The notes under the pieces are model-generated. The model had not been told where the DNA came from. It worked only from the letters and a program-made list of their open reading frames with translations, and searched no databases. A program made the translations under genes and the position numbers. This document shows, one piece after another, positions 38,047-46,931 of a DNA stretch of 64,000 nt. The stretch covers positions 64,001 to 128,000 of the forward strand of contig JBNKHE010000005.1 in NCBI GenBank assembly GCA_050290185.1, written 5' to 3'. Source of the DNA: Pontiella sp. (GTDB taxonomy: Bacteria > Verrucomicrobiota > Kiritimatiellia > Kiritimatiellales > Pontiellaceae). How positions within the stretch are numbered: position 1 is the first letter of the stretch; each line of letters begins with the position of its first letter.

Positions 38047-40665
38047 CTAGCTGGCGCTGATGATTCGGACCGCGTCGAGCCGCAGGCGGGCTTCCGCCAG
38101 CTTTTTGTCGAGCTTGGTCATGGCCTTGCGTGCGTGGCGAAGTTCCTCGTCCCGTATGTTGTCGTTGACCTGCTTGAGATATTCGAGCCGCTGGTAGTCC
38201 GTTCCAAGGGTTTCCCGCATACACTGACGTGCGCCGGCGATGGTGGATTCCGCGGCCTTTTCCGCAAGCTCGCGCGTGGCTTCAATCATGGCGGGAATCA
38301 TCTGCGTTCGAATCGATTCATGCTCCAGCAGCTTCCATGGTTCGCCGTCTTTCAGATGCGTCGCGAGGGGTTCATCAATAGCGCTGCCCGCATGGTCGAC
38401 CGTGATGATGACCGGAGTGGGGGGAAGGAAGCGGTCGGCGTTGAGTGCCGGTGGCGCGATCGTTTCCAGCACATAGATGGCCTGGAGTTTCAGCGGGGTT
38501 TCCTGCGAAGGATCCACGGCGATCGCGCAGCTGCCCCGTTCGGATCCGAGAATCAGTTCGGCGGCGCCGGTCACCATCGGGTGGTCCCAGCTCATCAGGA
38601 TGGCATCGGGGCGGATCAGCGCTTCGTCCCGGCTGAAAGTGATTCGGATACCTTCGGCGGACAGCGGAAACCAGTCGTCGAACATTTGGTCGGGGCGGAT
38701 ATGATAGGTCGTCGTGTCCAGCGTCTCGGCGTGTACACCATACTGGTCGAACATCTGCAGTAGATAGGTTTCCAGCTCCGCTGATTGTTCCACTTCGTGG
38801 ATTTGACGGGCGACGGCGTCACCGATGTCGGGGCGAAACGAGGAGAGCTCCAGCAGACGGTCGCGCCCTTCAGTAATCTGTTTGCGCAGTTTCTTGTAGA
38901 AGGTTTTGGTGTCGGCAATGACCTTATCCGTGACTTTGTCCAGCCGCGCGTCAAAACGTTCCAGCAACTCAAAACCCCCAACCACCGGTTCGGCGAACGC
39001 GTTCAGTCCTTCATGCAGCCAGCGTACAACATGTTCCTCCGTCGTTCCCTTCAGGTAGGGCACATGGATGTGGATATCACCGCGCTGGCCGATTCGGTCG
39101 AGTCTGCCGATTCGCTGCTCCAGCAGTTCCGGATCGCGCGGCAGATCGATCAGGACCAGGTGCGATGCCATCTGGAAATTGCGGCCTTCGCCGCCCATTT
39201 CCGAAACCACCATCACACGCGCGCCCTCCGGTTCGGTGAACCATGCAGCCTGCCGATCGCATTGAACCAGCGGCATCTGTTCATGGAAATGGGCCACATC
39301 CACGCCCGAGCGGGTTTTGATGGCTTCGACGATCGCGGCGACCTCGGTACGGGTCCGGCCAATGACCAGGACCTTTTCCTTTGGATGGCCGGTCAGGAAC
39401 GCGAGCAGCCAGTTGATGCGAGGGTCGTCCGGGCCCAGCAACGCAGCTTCATCCGGAAGGTCCAGCGGTACGGGGTGGGCATGGCGTTTGGGAAATCCGC
39501 TTACGCATTTTCGGGTGTTGCGGAAAATGACGCGTCCGGGGCCGTGACGATCCAGCGCCTCGGCCAGTGCTGCATCATCCATGGACTCCAGACGATTTCC
39601 CAGATCCGCGGCAACTTCGGCATAGCGATCATGTTCTTCCTGATAGCTGGCAAAGTCGGGATAACGCTGCGGGTCGAGCAACCGAAGCCGCGCAAAATGG
39701 CTTTCGAGCCCCATCTGTTCGGGACTGGCCGTGAGCAGCAGGAGCCGGGGGGTACTTTTGGCGAGGCTTTCCACGATGTCATATTCGGGGCTGGTCTGTT
39801 CCGGCGACCAATGGAGATGGTGGGCTTCGTCGACAATCAGCAGATCCCAGTTACAGGCGCGGGCCTGTTCGGCGCGGTTTGGATGACCCGTAAGGAACTC
39901 AATGTTGGTCAGGATCAACTGGTCATCAAGAAAGGGGTTGGACTCGGGATCGTTGGCTTCGATGCTTGCGCAGCGTTCTTCGTCAAAGATGCTGAACGTG
40001 CAATTGAAGCGGCGTAGCAGTTCGACGAACCACTGATGAACGAGCGCATTGGGAAGCAGGATTAACACCCGCTGAACCAACCCGCAGACCATCAGGCGAT
40101 GAAGGATAAGGCATGCCTCGATGGTTTTCCCAAGTCCCACTTCATCGGCCAGCAGAACGCGCGGCAGCGGCCGGTTGCTGACTTCCTGAGCGATGTAAAG
40201 CTGGTGGGGCAGCAGATCAACACGTCCACCCAGCAGGCCACGCACCGGCAGACGGCCATAGCGGTGTCGGGCATTCAGTGCGGCGACCCGGAGATCGAAC
40301 AGCGCATTGGCATCCACATGACCTCCCAGCAGCCGGGTTTCCGGCCGATCGAAGCTCGTGGTGTCGCAAAGGTCGGTTTCGCTCAGCCGCGATCCATCGG
40401 CGGCCCCATAGAAAATCAGTCCGGTCGCACTATCTTCTTCGATCGTTTCCACAGTCAGACGATCGCCCTCGCGCGACGCGATTTCGTCACCCTCCGCGAA
40501 GCGCACGCGTTTGAGCGGCGCGTTGCCGATCGCGTAGTGCCGCGTCTCGTTGGCGGCATGATAGAGCACCTGCACGGTTCGGGGTGTAACTTCGATGACC
40601 AATCCCAATCCGAGTTCGGGTTCGGTCTCACTGATCCAGCGTTGTCCGGTAAAGTAAGTATTCAT
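38047..40665 (-). CDS. rapA: RNA polymerase-associated SNF2 ATPase RapA
   Basis: GQRWISETEPELGLG, LADEVGLGKTIEA, DEAHHL, LEQRIGRLDRIGQ, terminal RLDAVR. Confidence 0.95.
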   Translation of the reverse strand: MNTYFTGQRWISETEPELGLGLVIEVTPRTVQVLYHAANETRHYAIGNAPLKRVRFAEGDEIASREGDRLTVETIEEDSATGLIFYGAADGSRLSETDLCDTTSFDRPETRLLGGHVDANALFDLRVAALNARHRYGRLPVRGLLGGRVDLLPHQLYIAQEVSNRPLPRVLLADEVGLGKTIEACLILHRLMVCGLVQRVLILLPNALVHQWFVELLRRFNCTFSIFDEERCASIEANDPESNPFLDDQLILTNIEFLTGHPNRAEQARACNWDLLIVDEAHHLHWSPEQTSPEYDIVESLAKSTPRLLLLTASPEQMGLESHFARLRLLDPQRYPDFASYQEEHDRYAEVAADLGNRLESMDDAALAEALDRHGPGRVIFRNTRKCVSGFPKRHAHPVPLDLPDEAALLGPDDPRINWLLAFLTGHPKEKVLVIGRTRTEVAAIVEAIKTRSGVDVAHFHEQMPLVQCDRQAAWFTEPEGARVMVVSEMGGEGRNFQMASHLVLIDLPRDPELLEQRIGRLDRIGQRGDIHIHVPYLKGTTEEHVVRWLHEGLNAFAEPVVGGFELLERFDARLDKVTDKVIADTKTFYKKLRKQITEGRDRLLELSSFRPDIGDAVARQIHEVEQSAELETYLLQMFDQYGVHAETLDTTTYHIRPDQMFDDWFPLSAEGIRITFSRDEALIRPDAILMSWDHPMVTGAAELILGSERGSCAIAVDPSQETPLKLQAIYVLETIAPPALNADRFLPPTPVIITVDHAGSAIDEPLATHLKDGEPWKLLEHESIRTQMIPAMIEATRELAEKAAESTIAGARQCMRETLGTDYQRLEYLKQVNDNIRDEELRHARKAMTKLDKKLAEARLRLDAVRIISAS

Positions 40666-41094
40666 AAGCGGGCGGAGACTACGTCATTCCCGCCATCGTG
40701 GAAACCATAGAAAGCGACGGATATTGTTTAGGCGGAATTGCCCCGATGAACGGGATGTTGAGGCAGGGTATACTCGCCTTTTCTGACTTAATAGGCGCAC
40801 CTCGAATACATAAGCGGCGACCAAAAGTGATGAGTCGAACGGCCACCGGTCGTATGGAACGTTGAAGTAGCATAGCTCCAGTCAGGTTGTGATGGGTTTG
40901 TATAAAACGGTAGGCAACTGGCCATGCGCGCAATCGCCATATTCGACAGCTATACCATCACTGCCCAGAGCTATTCGGGGTGGTTCGATATTCTTATGTT
41001 ATTGGACCTCTGCCGTGGGCTGTAGATTTCTTCTGTTAATGAGGTATTGCTCTCTATGGGTCACACAATTATACCTGTTTCTCAGGAGATTATT

Positions 41095-41892
41095 ATGAAG
41101 CGCTTTAAACACATGGTACGACGACCCACAGCTTATCTCATCCTCTCTATGGTACTTTCGCTATGTGGTGCCTTTGGTGCACTTGCACAACAAACGCATC
41201 TGGACATTGCGGTGCCCAGCCGGGTGGAAAGCGACTTGTTTGGTCCCGTAAAACACATGAAAATCAAGACAAAGGAAATGTCCACGCTGAAGCGCAGTGA
41301 AGAGCGCTTCTATGACAAAGCCGGAAATCTGCTGACCAAAACAAAATGGGACAAGGACAATAAGGTTACCTATACCGTCACGAATACCTTCAACGAAGCG
41401 GGCTGCTTGGTTCATCAACGCGTAAAGGACATCGAGGATGAAAAACTGGAAGACCTGGAGGTGATCATCAACGTGAAAGCGCGAAAAATCGCATACAGGG
41501 ATCTCAATACCGGGGAGGTTGAAATATGCGCTTATTCTACTCAAAAATTCCATATGACATCAAACAAGAGAACCCGCGACAAGAAACCCATATCGTCGTT
41601 TCGTTATTTTCGCGGCTCAGATAATAAAGAAACCAGATGGATCTCTTCCGATGAAAAAGGGCACGCGGTTACCGAAGCCCGGATCAACTGGCATCCCAAG
41701 GGATACCCACGAACAACGCGCTATATATACCACAATAAAGACAATGAGATTTTAATAACGTACGAATATCTTACCTTTGATGACTACGGAAACTGGACAC
41801 AGCGGATAGAAAAATCTGTAGCCGACTGGAATGGTAAAGAACTCAAGTATGACCAGATTGTTACTCGCGAAATAGAGTATTTCGAACTTTAA
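41095..41892 (+). CDS. Secreted protein with YD-repeat-like beta structure
   Basis: AGGAG RBS, signal peptide, LFGPVK, YDKAGNL, FDDYGNWTQR, TREIEYF. Confidence 0.6.
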   Translation: MKRFKHMVRRPTAYLILSMVLSLCGAFGALAQQTHLDIAVPSRVESDLFGPVKHMKIKTKEMSTLKRSEERFYDKAGNLLTKTKWDKDNKVTYTVTNTFNEAGCLVHQRVKDIEDEKLEDLEVIINVKARKIAYRDLNTGEVEICAYSTQKFHMTSNKRTRDKKPISSFRYFRGSDNKETRWISSDEKGHAVTEARINWHPKGYPRTTRYIYHNKDNEILITYEYLTFDDYGNWTQRIEKSVADWNGKELKYDQIVTREIEYFEL

Positions 41893-41927
41893 CACCAACC
41901 GTTCAACGGTTGCCAATAGAGGAATTT

Positions 41928-42350
41928 ATGATGTCGGTTGAAGAATTGAAAAACAGTCCGTTGCATGGCTTGTCGGCGGAGACCATGTTGACGGAGCTCG
42001 TTGAATTTTATGGTTGGGCGGTTCTGGACGCGGCGATCGATCTGAAGTGTTTTCGGATTCAACCGACGATTCCCAGTTGCCTGACGTTCCTGAAAAAGGC
42101 GGAATGGGCCCGGAACCGCGTGGAGGATTTTTATCTCTACTGCTTTAAGGGGATGCCGAAACCCAGCGAAGAGGAAGCGGAGTTAAAACCGCGCGAGCGT
42201 GGTTTCCCTAACGGCGTGGTTCCCAAAAAGCCACTGGCTTTGACGGTTGAGAAGGCGCGGGTGGAACGAGCGAAGATAGAACGGGCGAAGGTGGAAAGCG
42301 AACAACCGGAGAGCAGTTTCAGATCCAAGTTTTCGAGACCCCGGAATTAG
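41928..42350 (+). CDS. VF530 (DUF2132) family putative DNA-binding protein
   Basis: PLHG...MLTELVEFYGW...CF..P...FLKKAEWARNRVEDFYL. Confidence 0.8.
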   Translation: MMSVEELKNSPLHGLSAETMLTELVEFYGWAVLDAAIDLKCFRIQPTIPSCLTFLKKAEWARNRVEDFYLYCFKGMPKPSEEEAELKPRERGFPNGVVPKKPLALTVEKARVERAKIERAKVESEQPESSFRSKFSRPRN

Positions 42351-42424
42351 CCGGGAGCGAAGAAAAAGAAAGTGCTTCTCCTCGAGAGATTTAGTAAAAA
42401 GCAAAATCCTAATCACAAGTAATC

Positions 42425-42919
42425 ATGGAGATGAACACGATGAAAAAGCATATCATTATGGCAGTGGTAGTGGCGATGGCAGTGTCGACCGTTCATGCCG
42501 GAATCAAGCTTTCAGAGCTTACGGATCGAAATGCAACCAAGCGTCGCAAGGCGTTTACGGAGTGGGTCACTCCGGAAACGATGAAAGAAGAGTACGAGCG
42601 CTATGAACGGAAGGGGAAATTTCCCATCTATCATGAATCGTCCGAAAAAGGGGAGCGGCGCATCTATGCGGACTGCCCGGATGGATTTGCGTTCCAGATC
42701 TGGAGCATTTTCGGGGAAAAGGATTTTTGCGGGAAAGACAAGGAATTGCGCAAAGACAACAATGTCCTGCTGACAGCCTCGAGCTATACCGACCCACAAG
42801 GCCACACCCTTTATCGAGGGGTCTGGGTGTCAACCGATATCGAGAAGCGAATGCAGCGAGTAATCCGCCGCTATAGCATATCGCAGGCGGTCATTACGGA
42901 TGACGATGCGACAGAATAG
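42425..42919 (+). CDS. Secreted hypothetical protein
   Basis: MKKHII...AVSTVHA signal peptide; function unknown. Confidence 0.6.
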   Translation: MEMNTMKKHIIMAVVVAMAVSTVHAGIKLSELTDRNATKRRKAFTEWVTPETMKEEYERYERKGKFPIYHESSEKGERRIYADCPDGFAFQIWSIFGEKDFCGKDKELRKDNNVLLTASSYTDPQGHTLYRGVWVSTDIEKRMQRVIRRYSISQAVITDDDATE

Positions 42920-42936
42920 TACTTTGTCGGACACGG

Positions 42937-44031
42937 ATGAACCCAGATCCAACACAGTTTGATGGAAAGAGAGGGGGCCTGTACTTACTTGCGACGGTGC
43001 TTCTGATGGGGGGCATTGTCGGTTGCGGTAAGGCATCTCCCCCAAAGTCGGAATGTGTACTGGTCATTGATGAAACAACCTGGTCGATGCCGAACGGTGA
43101 TCCGCCATATACCGTTGGGGAGGTAAAGGAGCGATACGGCGAGCCGGAGGAAGTCGTGAAAAGGGAGTATTCCACGGAACTGGTATATTCCAAAGCCGGC
43201 GTCTCGTTCATCTGTCATGGGTTGACACCTGATACGGCTATCAGTGAGATGATTCTGTATGCTCCGTTTTCGGTGCGAACCTCGGACGGGATCGTGCTGG
43301 GTAAAAGCACGGCGCAGGATACCCAAAACCTATGGGGCAAGCTAGATTGGTACGGCCGGACGGATCTTCCAGGATATGCATTATTTAGCCATGGCGGGGT
43401 CCGGTTTCTGGTGAGCGCGAATCCCGCAGATGAAGGGGGGCAGGACCATCTATCGCAAACCATCGAACGCATGATGTTGTTTTATTCTGACCTAAAGCGT
43501 CTGGAATATGTTCCCCCGACGCCGGTAACCATTCTCGCGGATTCGACGGCGTTCACCAACCGGATCACCTCGATTGATCTGCTTCTGGAGCAGGTGGTTG
43601 TCGAAGTACTGGATCTGGATCTAGATGCGCACATAGATCCGGACTGGGGGCCGTTGTGGGATAACTTTGCCAACCGTCCGTATGAAAAGCAGTTCAATGG
43701 CTTGTCGACTCAGGGATGGTGCGAGACCTGGGAGCGATTTGAAAAGGCGCTGGTGAATAAGGCCCGCAAACAAAAGCTGGATGCCGCAAGTCTAGATCGA
43801 ATCCTCAAAGCCGCGAAGCCTGCCGCCGACCACCGTAATGCAGTGGTTCCGGTTGCTACATTTTTAGCTCGAAAAGGGGGTGATCCTGTATGGATCGTGG
43901 TCACAAAATGGGAATGGGCGGGGCCAGATGAGCATAATGGTCGCAAGGAATGGATGACACTGGGCCATATCATTATTCAGGCTTTTCGCGTCAGTGATGG
44001 TGAATTGCTGGATGGAATCTCGTGCGGCTAA
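42937..44031 (+). CDS. Hypothetical lipoprotein
   Basis: Hydrophobic stretch ending in an IVGC lipobox; 364-aa ORF. Confidence 0.6.
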   Translation: MNPDPTQFDGKRGGLYLLATVLLMGGIVGCGKASPPKSECVLVIDETTWSMPNGDPPYTVGEVKERYGEPEEVVKREYSTELVYSKAGVSFICHGLTPDTAISEMILYAPFSVRTSDGIVLGKSTAQDTQNLWGKLDWYGRTDLPGYALFSHGGVRFLVSANPADEGGQDHLSQTIERMMLFYSDLKRLEYVPPTPVTILADSTAFTNRITSIDLLLEQVVVEVLDLDLDAHIDPDWGPLWDNFANRPYEKQFNGLSTQGWCETWERFEKALVNKARKQKLDAASLDRILKAAKPAADHRNAVVPVATFLARKGGDPVWIVVTKWEWAGPDEHNGRKEWMTLGHIIIQAFRVSDGELLDGISCG

Positions 44032-44183
44032 CCATATCGACCCAAATTTCCAGTATTTACCCGAATAAAGACGGGAATAGATTCGATTTTGACTATTACC
44101 GAAACCGGCACATGGCATTGTCTTCGGCGCCTTTGCCCCCAAACCACCATCTATCCCGTCGGAGAGGGGAAAATGCGGAAACC

Positions 44184-45101
44184 CTATCTTCGCCGCCGGG
44201 GTCTCCCGTTCTTCTTTTTTCGCGAGGGTTCGGGGTGCTGTTCCTTTTCCCGTAGCTCACGTTCGCGGAGTCTCCGCAGGCGTTCCTGGTTTTCCCGTGC
44301 GGCAAATTCGACCTCATTCAACACGCCCTTAACATCGGCTGTTTTTGTGCATTCCTTAAAGCGGCCGGTGAGTGGGGTGTCGGGGGTGAGCGTGCCGGCT
44401 TCATAGTGCGCCCAGATTTCTTTGGCGTGTTTGCTTTTCAGCAGATCTGGAGCAAAGCGGCCATAGTAATTGGTCATATTATTCACGTCACGGGCCAGCA
44501 TGGCCCGGGCGTTGTTGTTGCCGGCGGCATTGACCGCCTGCGGCAAATCGATAATGACGGGGCCGGCTTCGTCGACCAGCACATTGAATTCCGACAAGTC
44601 GCCGTGCACGATTCCGGCGCTGAGCATGCATACAATGTGTTTCATGACGGTGGCATGGTCTTTCCGTGCCTGCTCCGCCGTCATGGCGACGTCGTTCAGG
44701 CGGGGGGCAACGCCGCCTTCGGCGTCGGTGATCAGTTCCATCAGCAATACGCCATCGATGCATCCGTAAGGCTGCGGTACACGGACGCCGGCCTGTGACA
44801 GCAGGCAGAGCGCATCCACCTCGGTATGTTGCCAGATTTCTTCCTGTTCCTTTTTCCCATAGCGGGATCTTTTTGCCATGGCCCGGCCCCGACGGCTATT
44901 GCGCACATGGCGGCCTTCCCGGTAATGAACGGCGTTTTTAAAACTGCGTTTGGATGCGTCCTTATACACTTTGGCACAACGAATATCCGTGCCGCAGCGG
45001 ACGATAAAAATGGTCGCTTCTTTGCCGCTCATTAACTGCCGCTGAACTTCGTCCACGAGGCCATCTTCAATCAGGGCTTTGAGTTGTTTCGGAACTTTCA
45101 T
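44184..45101 (-). CDS. RIO1-family protein kinase (PA4780-like)
   Basis: LMSGKEA, CAKVYK, VHGDLSEFNVL, IIDLPQAV. Confidence 0.92.
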   Translation of the reverse strand: MKVPKQLKALIEDGLVDEVQRQLMSGKEATIFIVRCGTDIRCAKVYKDASKRSFKNAVHYREGRHVRNSRRGRAMAKRSRYGKKEQEEIWQHTEVDALCLLSQAGVRVPQPYGCIDGVLLMELITDAEGGVAPRLNDVAMTAEQARKDHATVMKHIVCMLSAGIVHGDLSEFNVLVDEAGPVIIDLPQAVNAAGNNNARAMLARDVNNMTNYYGRFAPDLLKSKHAKEIWAHYEAGTLTPDTPLTGRFKECTKTADVKGVLNEVEFAARENQERLRRLRERELREKEQHPEPSRKKKNGRPRRRR

Positions 45102-45125
45102 TGCGGACTTATACCTTGAAGAAAT

Positions 45126-45581
45126 TCAATTGCAACGGGTATCCGAGCGCAGCGCCTGACGGGAAGCACGGTCAACGAGAGTAAAAAGGTGGTCGATGTC
45201 GGTTTTTTGACGGGAAACCCGGTGTCCTTTCACCTTCAACAACGTGCAGTCGATTTGATCGGTTAAACAGAAAAATTCCCGGTAAAGCGCGGCGTGTTTA
45301 ACCGGTTTGTTTTGTCTGGTGCGATAATCGCTCGATTCCAGCCTACTTCGACGCCCGGGTAAACCGATGATGGTCTGGGAATCCGTGTAGATGGTTACGG
45401 TATTCGGTTTAAGCGTCTGGAGAGCCCAGATCAGGGTTTCAACCTCCAGCTGCGAGGAGTTGGTGTTCTCAAAGCGCTTTACGCTAACCTCGGGGGCGGA
45501 GTTATCATCGCTCACCGCCAAAAACGCCCCATATCCGATGCGGGAGGGCGGGTGCACACTACCATCTGTAAAAAGCATCAT
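45126..45581 (-). CDS. Second RNase HI-family protein
   Basis: FTDGS, QLE, YTDSQ, KVKGH, LVDRAS: all catalytic acidic residues present. Confidence 0.8.
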   Translation of the reverse strand: MMLFTDGSVHPPSRIGYGAFLAVSDDNSAPEVSVKRFENTNSSQLEVETLIWALQTLKPNTVTIYTDSQTIIGLPGRRSRLESSDYRTRQNKPVKHAALYREFFCLTDQIDCTLLKVKGHRVSRQKTDIDHLFTLVDRASRQALRSDTRCN

Positions 45582-45633
45582 AATAATTGATTCATTCGTA
45601 AGGTTGATATTCTGCGAATATGGGCTCAGTCCA

Positions 45634-46017
45634 TCAGCCGACCAGTAAGTCGAGAATCAGGGCGAGCAGACTCAGGAAGCAGATAAACGCATAGTTGAAC
45701 AGCTCCTTGGAACGGATGATTGATCGAAGGATATACAAGGTGGCTTCACGCGTGGTTGGGTCGAGGTCCTTACTCTGTCCGATTTGCTCGATCAATGCAT
45801 GGTTGACCACGACGCGCCGTCTTCGGCGGGTGATAATGTAGCGGTATCCAAAAAAGATTGTGTAGCTGAACATGGCAAAGCGCCAAAGCCAGATCGCGGC
45901 TTCCGGGTTGTAGCGGTTGAGCAGCATCAACAAGCGCACGGCGATTCCCGCCGTCAATCCGATCCAGAGAAAGAGATGGATGATCCAGCGGGGGAGTACT
46001 TTAAATTCGTTGTTCAT
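45634..46017 (-). CDS. Small hypothetical membrane protein
   Basis: AAGGAG RBS before ATG 46017; three hydrophobic segments. Confidence 0.6.
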   Translation of the reverse strand: MNNEFKVLPRWIIHLFLWIGLTAGIAVRLLMLLNRYNPEAAIWLWRFAMFSYTIFFGYRYIITRRRRRVVVNHALIEQIGQSKDLDPTTREATLYILRSIIRSKELFNYAFICFLSLLALILDLLVG

Positions 46018-46254
46018 GGGCGTTCTACTCCTTAAGTTCTGGAATAAGTATAGCCGTTTCCCTGACGATTTAAACTGGATTGGTCGGGCGGATGATCTCA
46101 CGCAGAGATTGCAGAATTAGCGGAGTTTGAAAGCAACCTCAGCCTGATCCGTATGAAAGACATATGATGTATTGGAAAGAAGGGAGGGGCCGTCTGTCCC
46201 AATCATCATCCGGGGCGCCGGAAGCGCGCGCCCCGCGATGAGGGATGGATATGA

Positions 46255-46377
46255 CTATATTGTGTGATCCTTGCTTCTGGCGGCTTCCTTTTTGACCTGC
46301 CGCTTTTCCTTGAGGCTCAATTTTGGTTCTTTCTTTTTTTCCCGGTTGCCTTTGTCTTTCTTCCCTTTTTCGCCCAT
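46255..46377 (-). CDS. 40-aa lysine-rich small protein (not in ORF track)
   Basis: GGAGGT RBS; MGEKGKKDKGNREKKKEPKLSLKEKRQVKKEAARSKDHTI*; GC-rich hairpin downstream. Confidence 0.7.
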   Translation of the reverse strand: MGEKGKKDKGNREKKKEPKLSLKEKRQVKKEAARSKDHTI

Positions 46378-46776
46378 GGCTCTACCTCCGTAGTTTTTAT
46401 GCGGTTGCTGTAATCCAGCGGATTTGGTTTGGCATCTTGTGGGGACGCCGGCGGTGTAAGTTCGATTCTAATCTGGTTGCAAAGCACCCGGCAGATCATC
46501 CAGTTGTATGCTGGTGATGGTGGGTAAACAGGTATTGCCATTGATGAAGGCAATGCGGTGTGGCAGGAGACTCACTATGTTCTTCTCTCGTTGATGCCGG
46601 CAAGGATACAACCAATCCTTAAATACGCAACTTATTCTTTTCTAGCTCCAGCCACAGGGGAAGATTGCTACACATGTCGGCGGCGCAGAGGACTGCGGTG
46701 CGGTGTTTTCCGCCGTCGAAGACTTTCACCCTGCGTCAAGTAGTCCTGCAAGGCAAACGCACCTTGTCCTGAGTGC

Positions 46777-46803
46777 GGACGACTGGGGACAGTCGTCCCT
46801 ACC
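46777..46803 (-). repeat. REP-like element (GTAG followed by palindrome)
   Basis: Minus strand GTAG-GGACGACTG-TCCC-CAGTCGTCC. Confidence 0.6.
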
Positions 46804-46931
46804 TTTTCGTCCCTGCCCGTTGAGGCAAAGCCGGGATTCTTTTTTGCGTGAGTTCGGGCGTTTCAGCCTGTAGATTCCGCCTCCTATTTCCCAACAACCA
46901 ATAACGATTAACCGATAACGGAACAGATTTT

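Noticed and set aside
40679..41098. Short ORFs or ncRNA between rapA and the secreted protein
   Set aside because: No motif, RBS or convincing structure found
41885..44100. Possible integron cassette array (TAAC at gene ends 41890 and 44029)
   Set aside because: No matching GTTRRRY ends or attC-like pairing, and no integrase in the window
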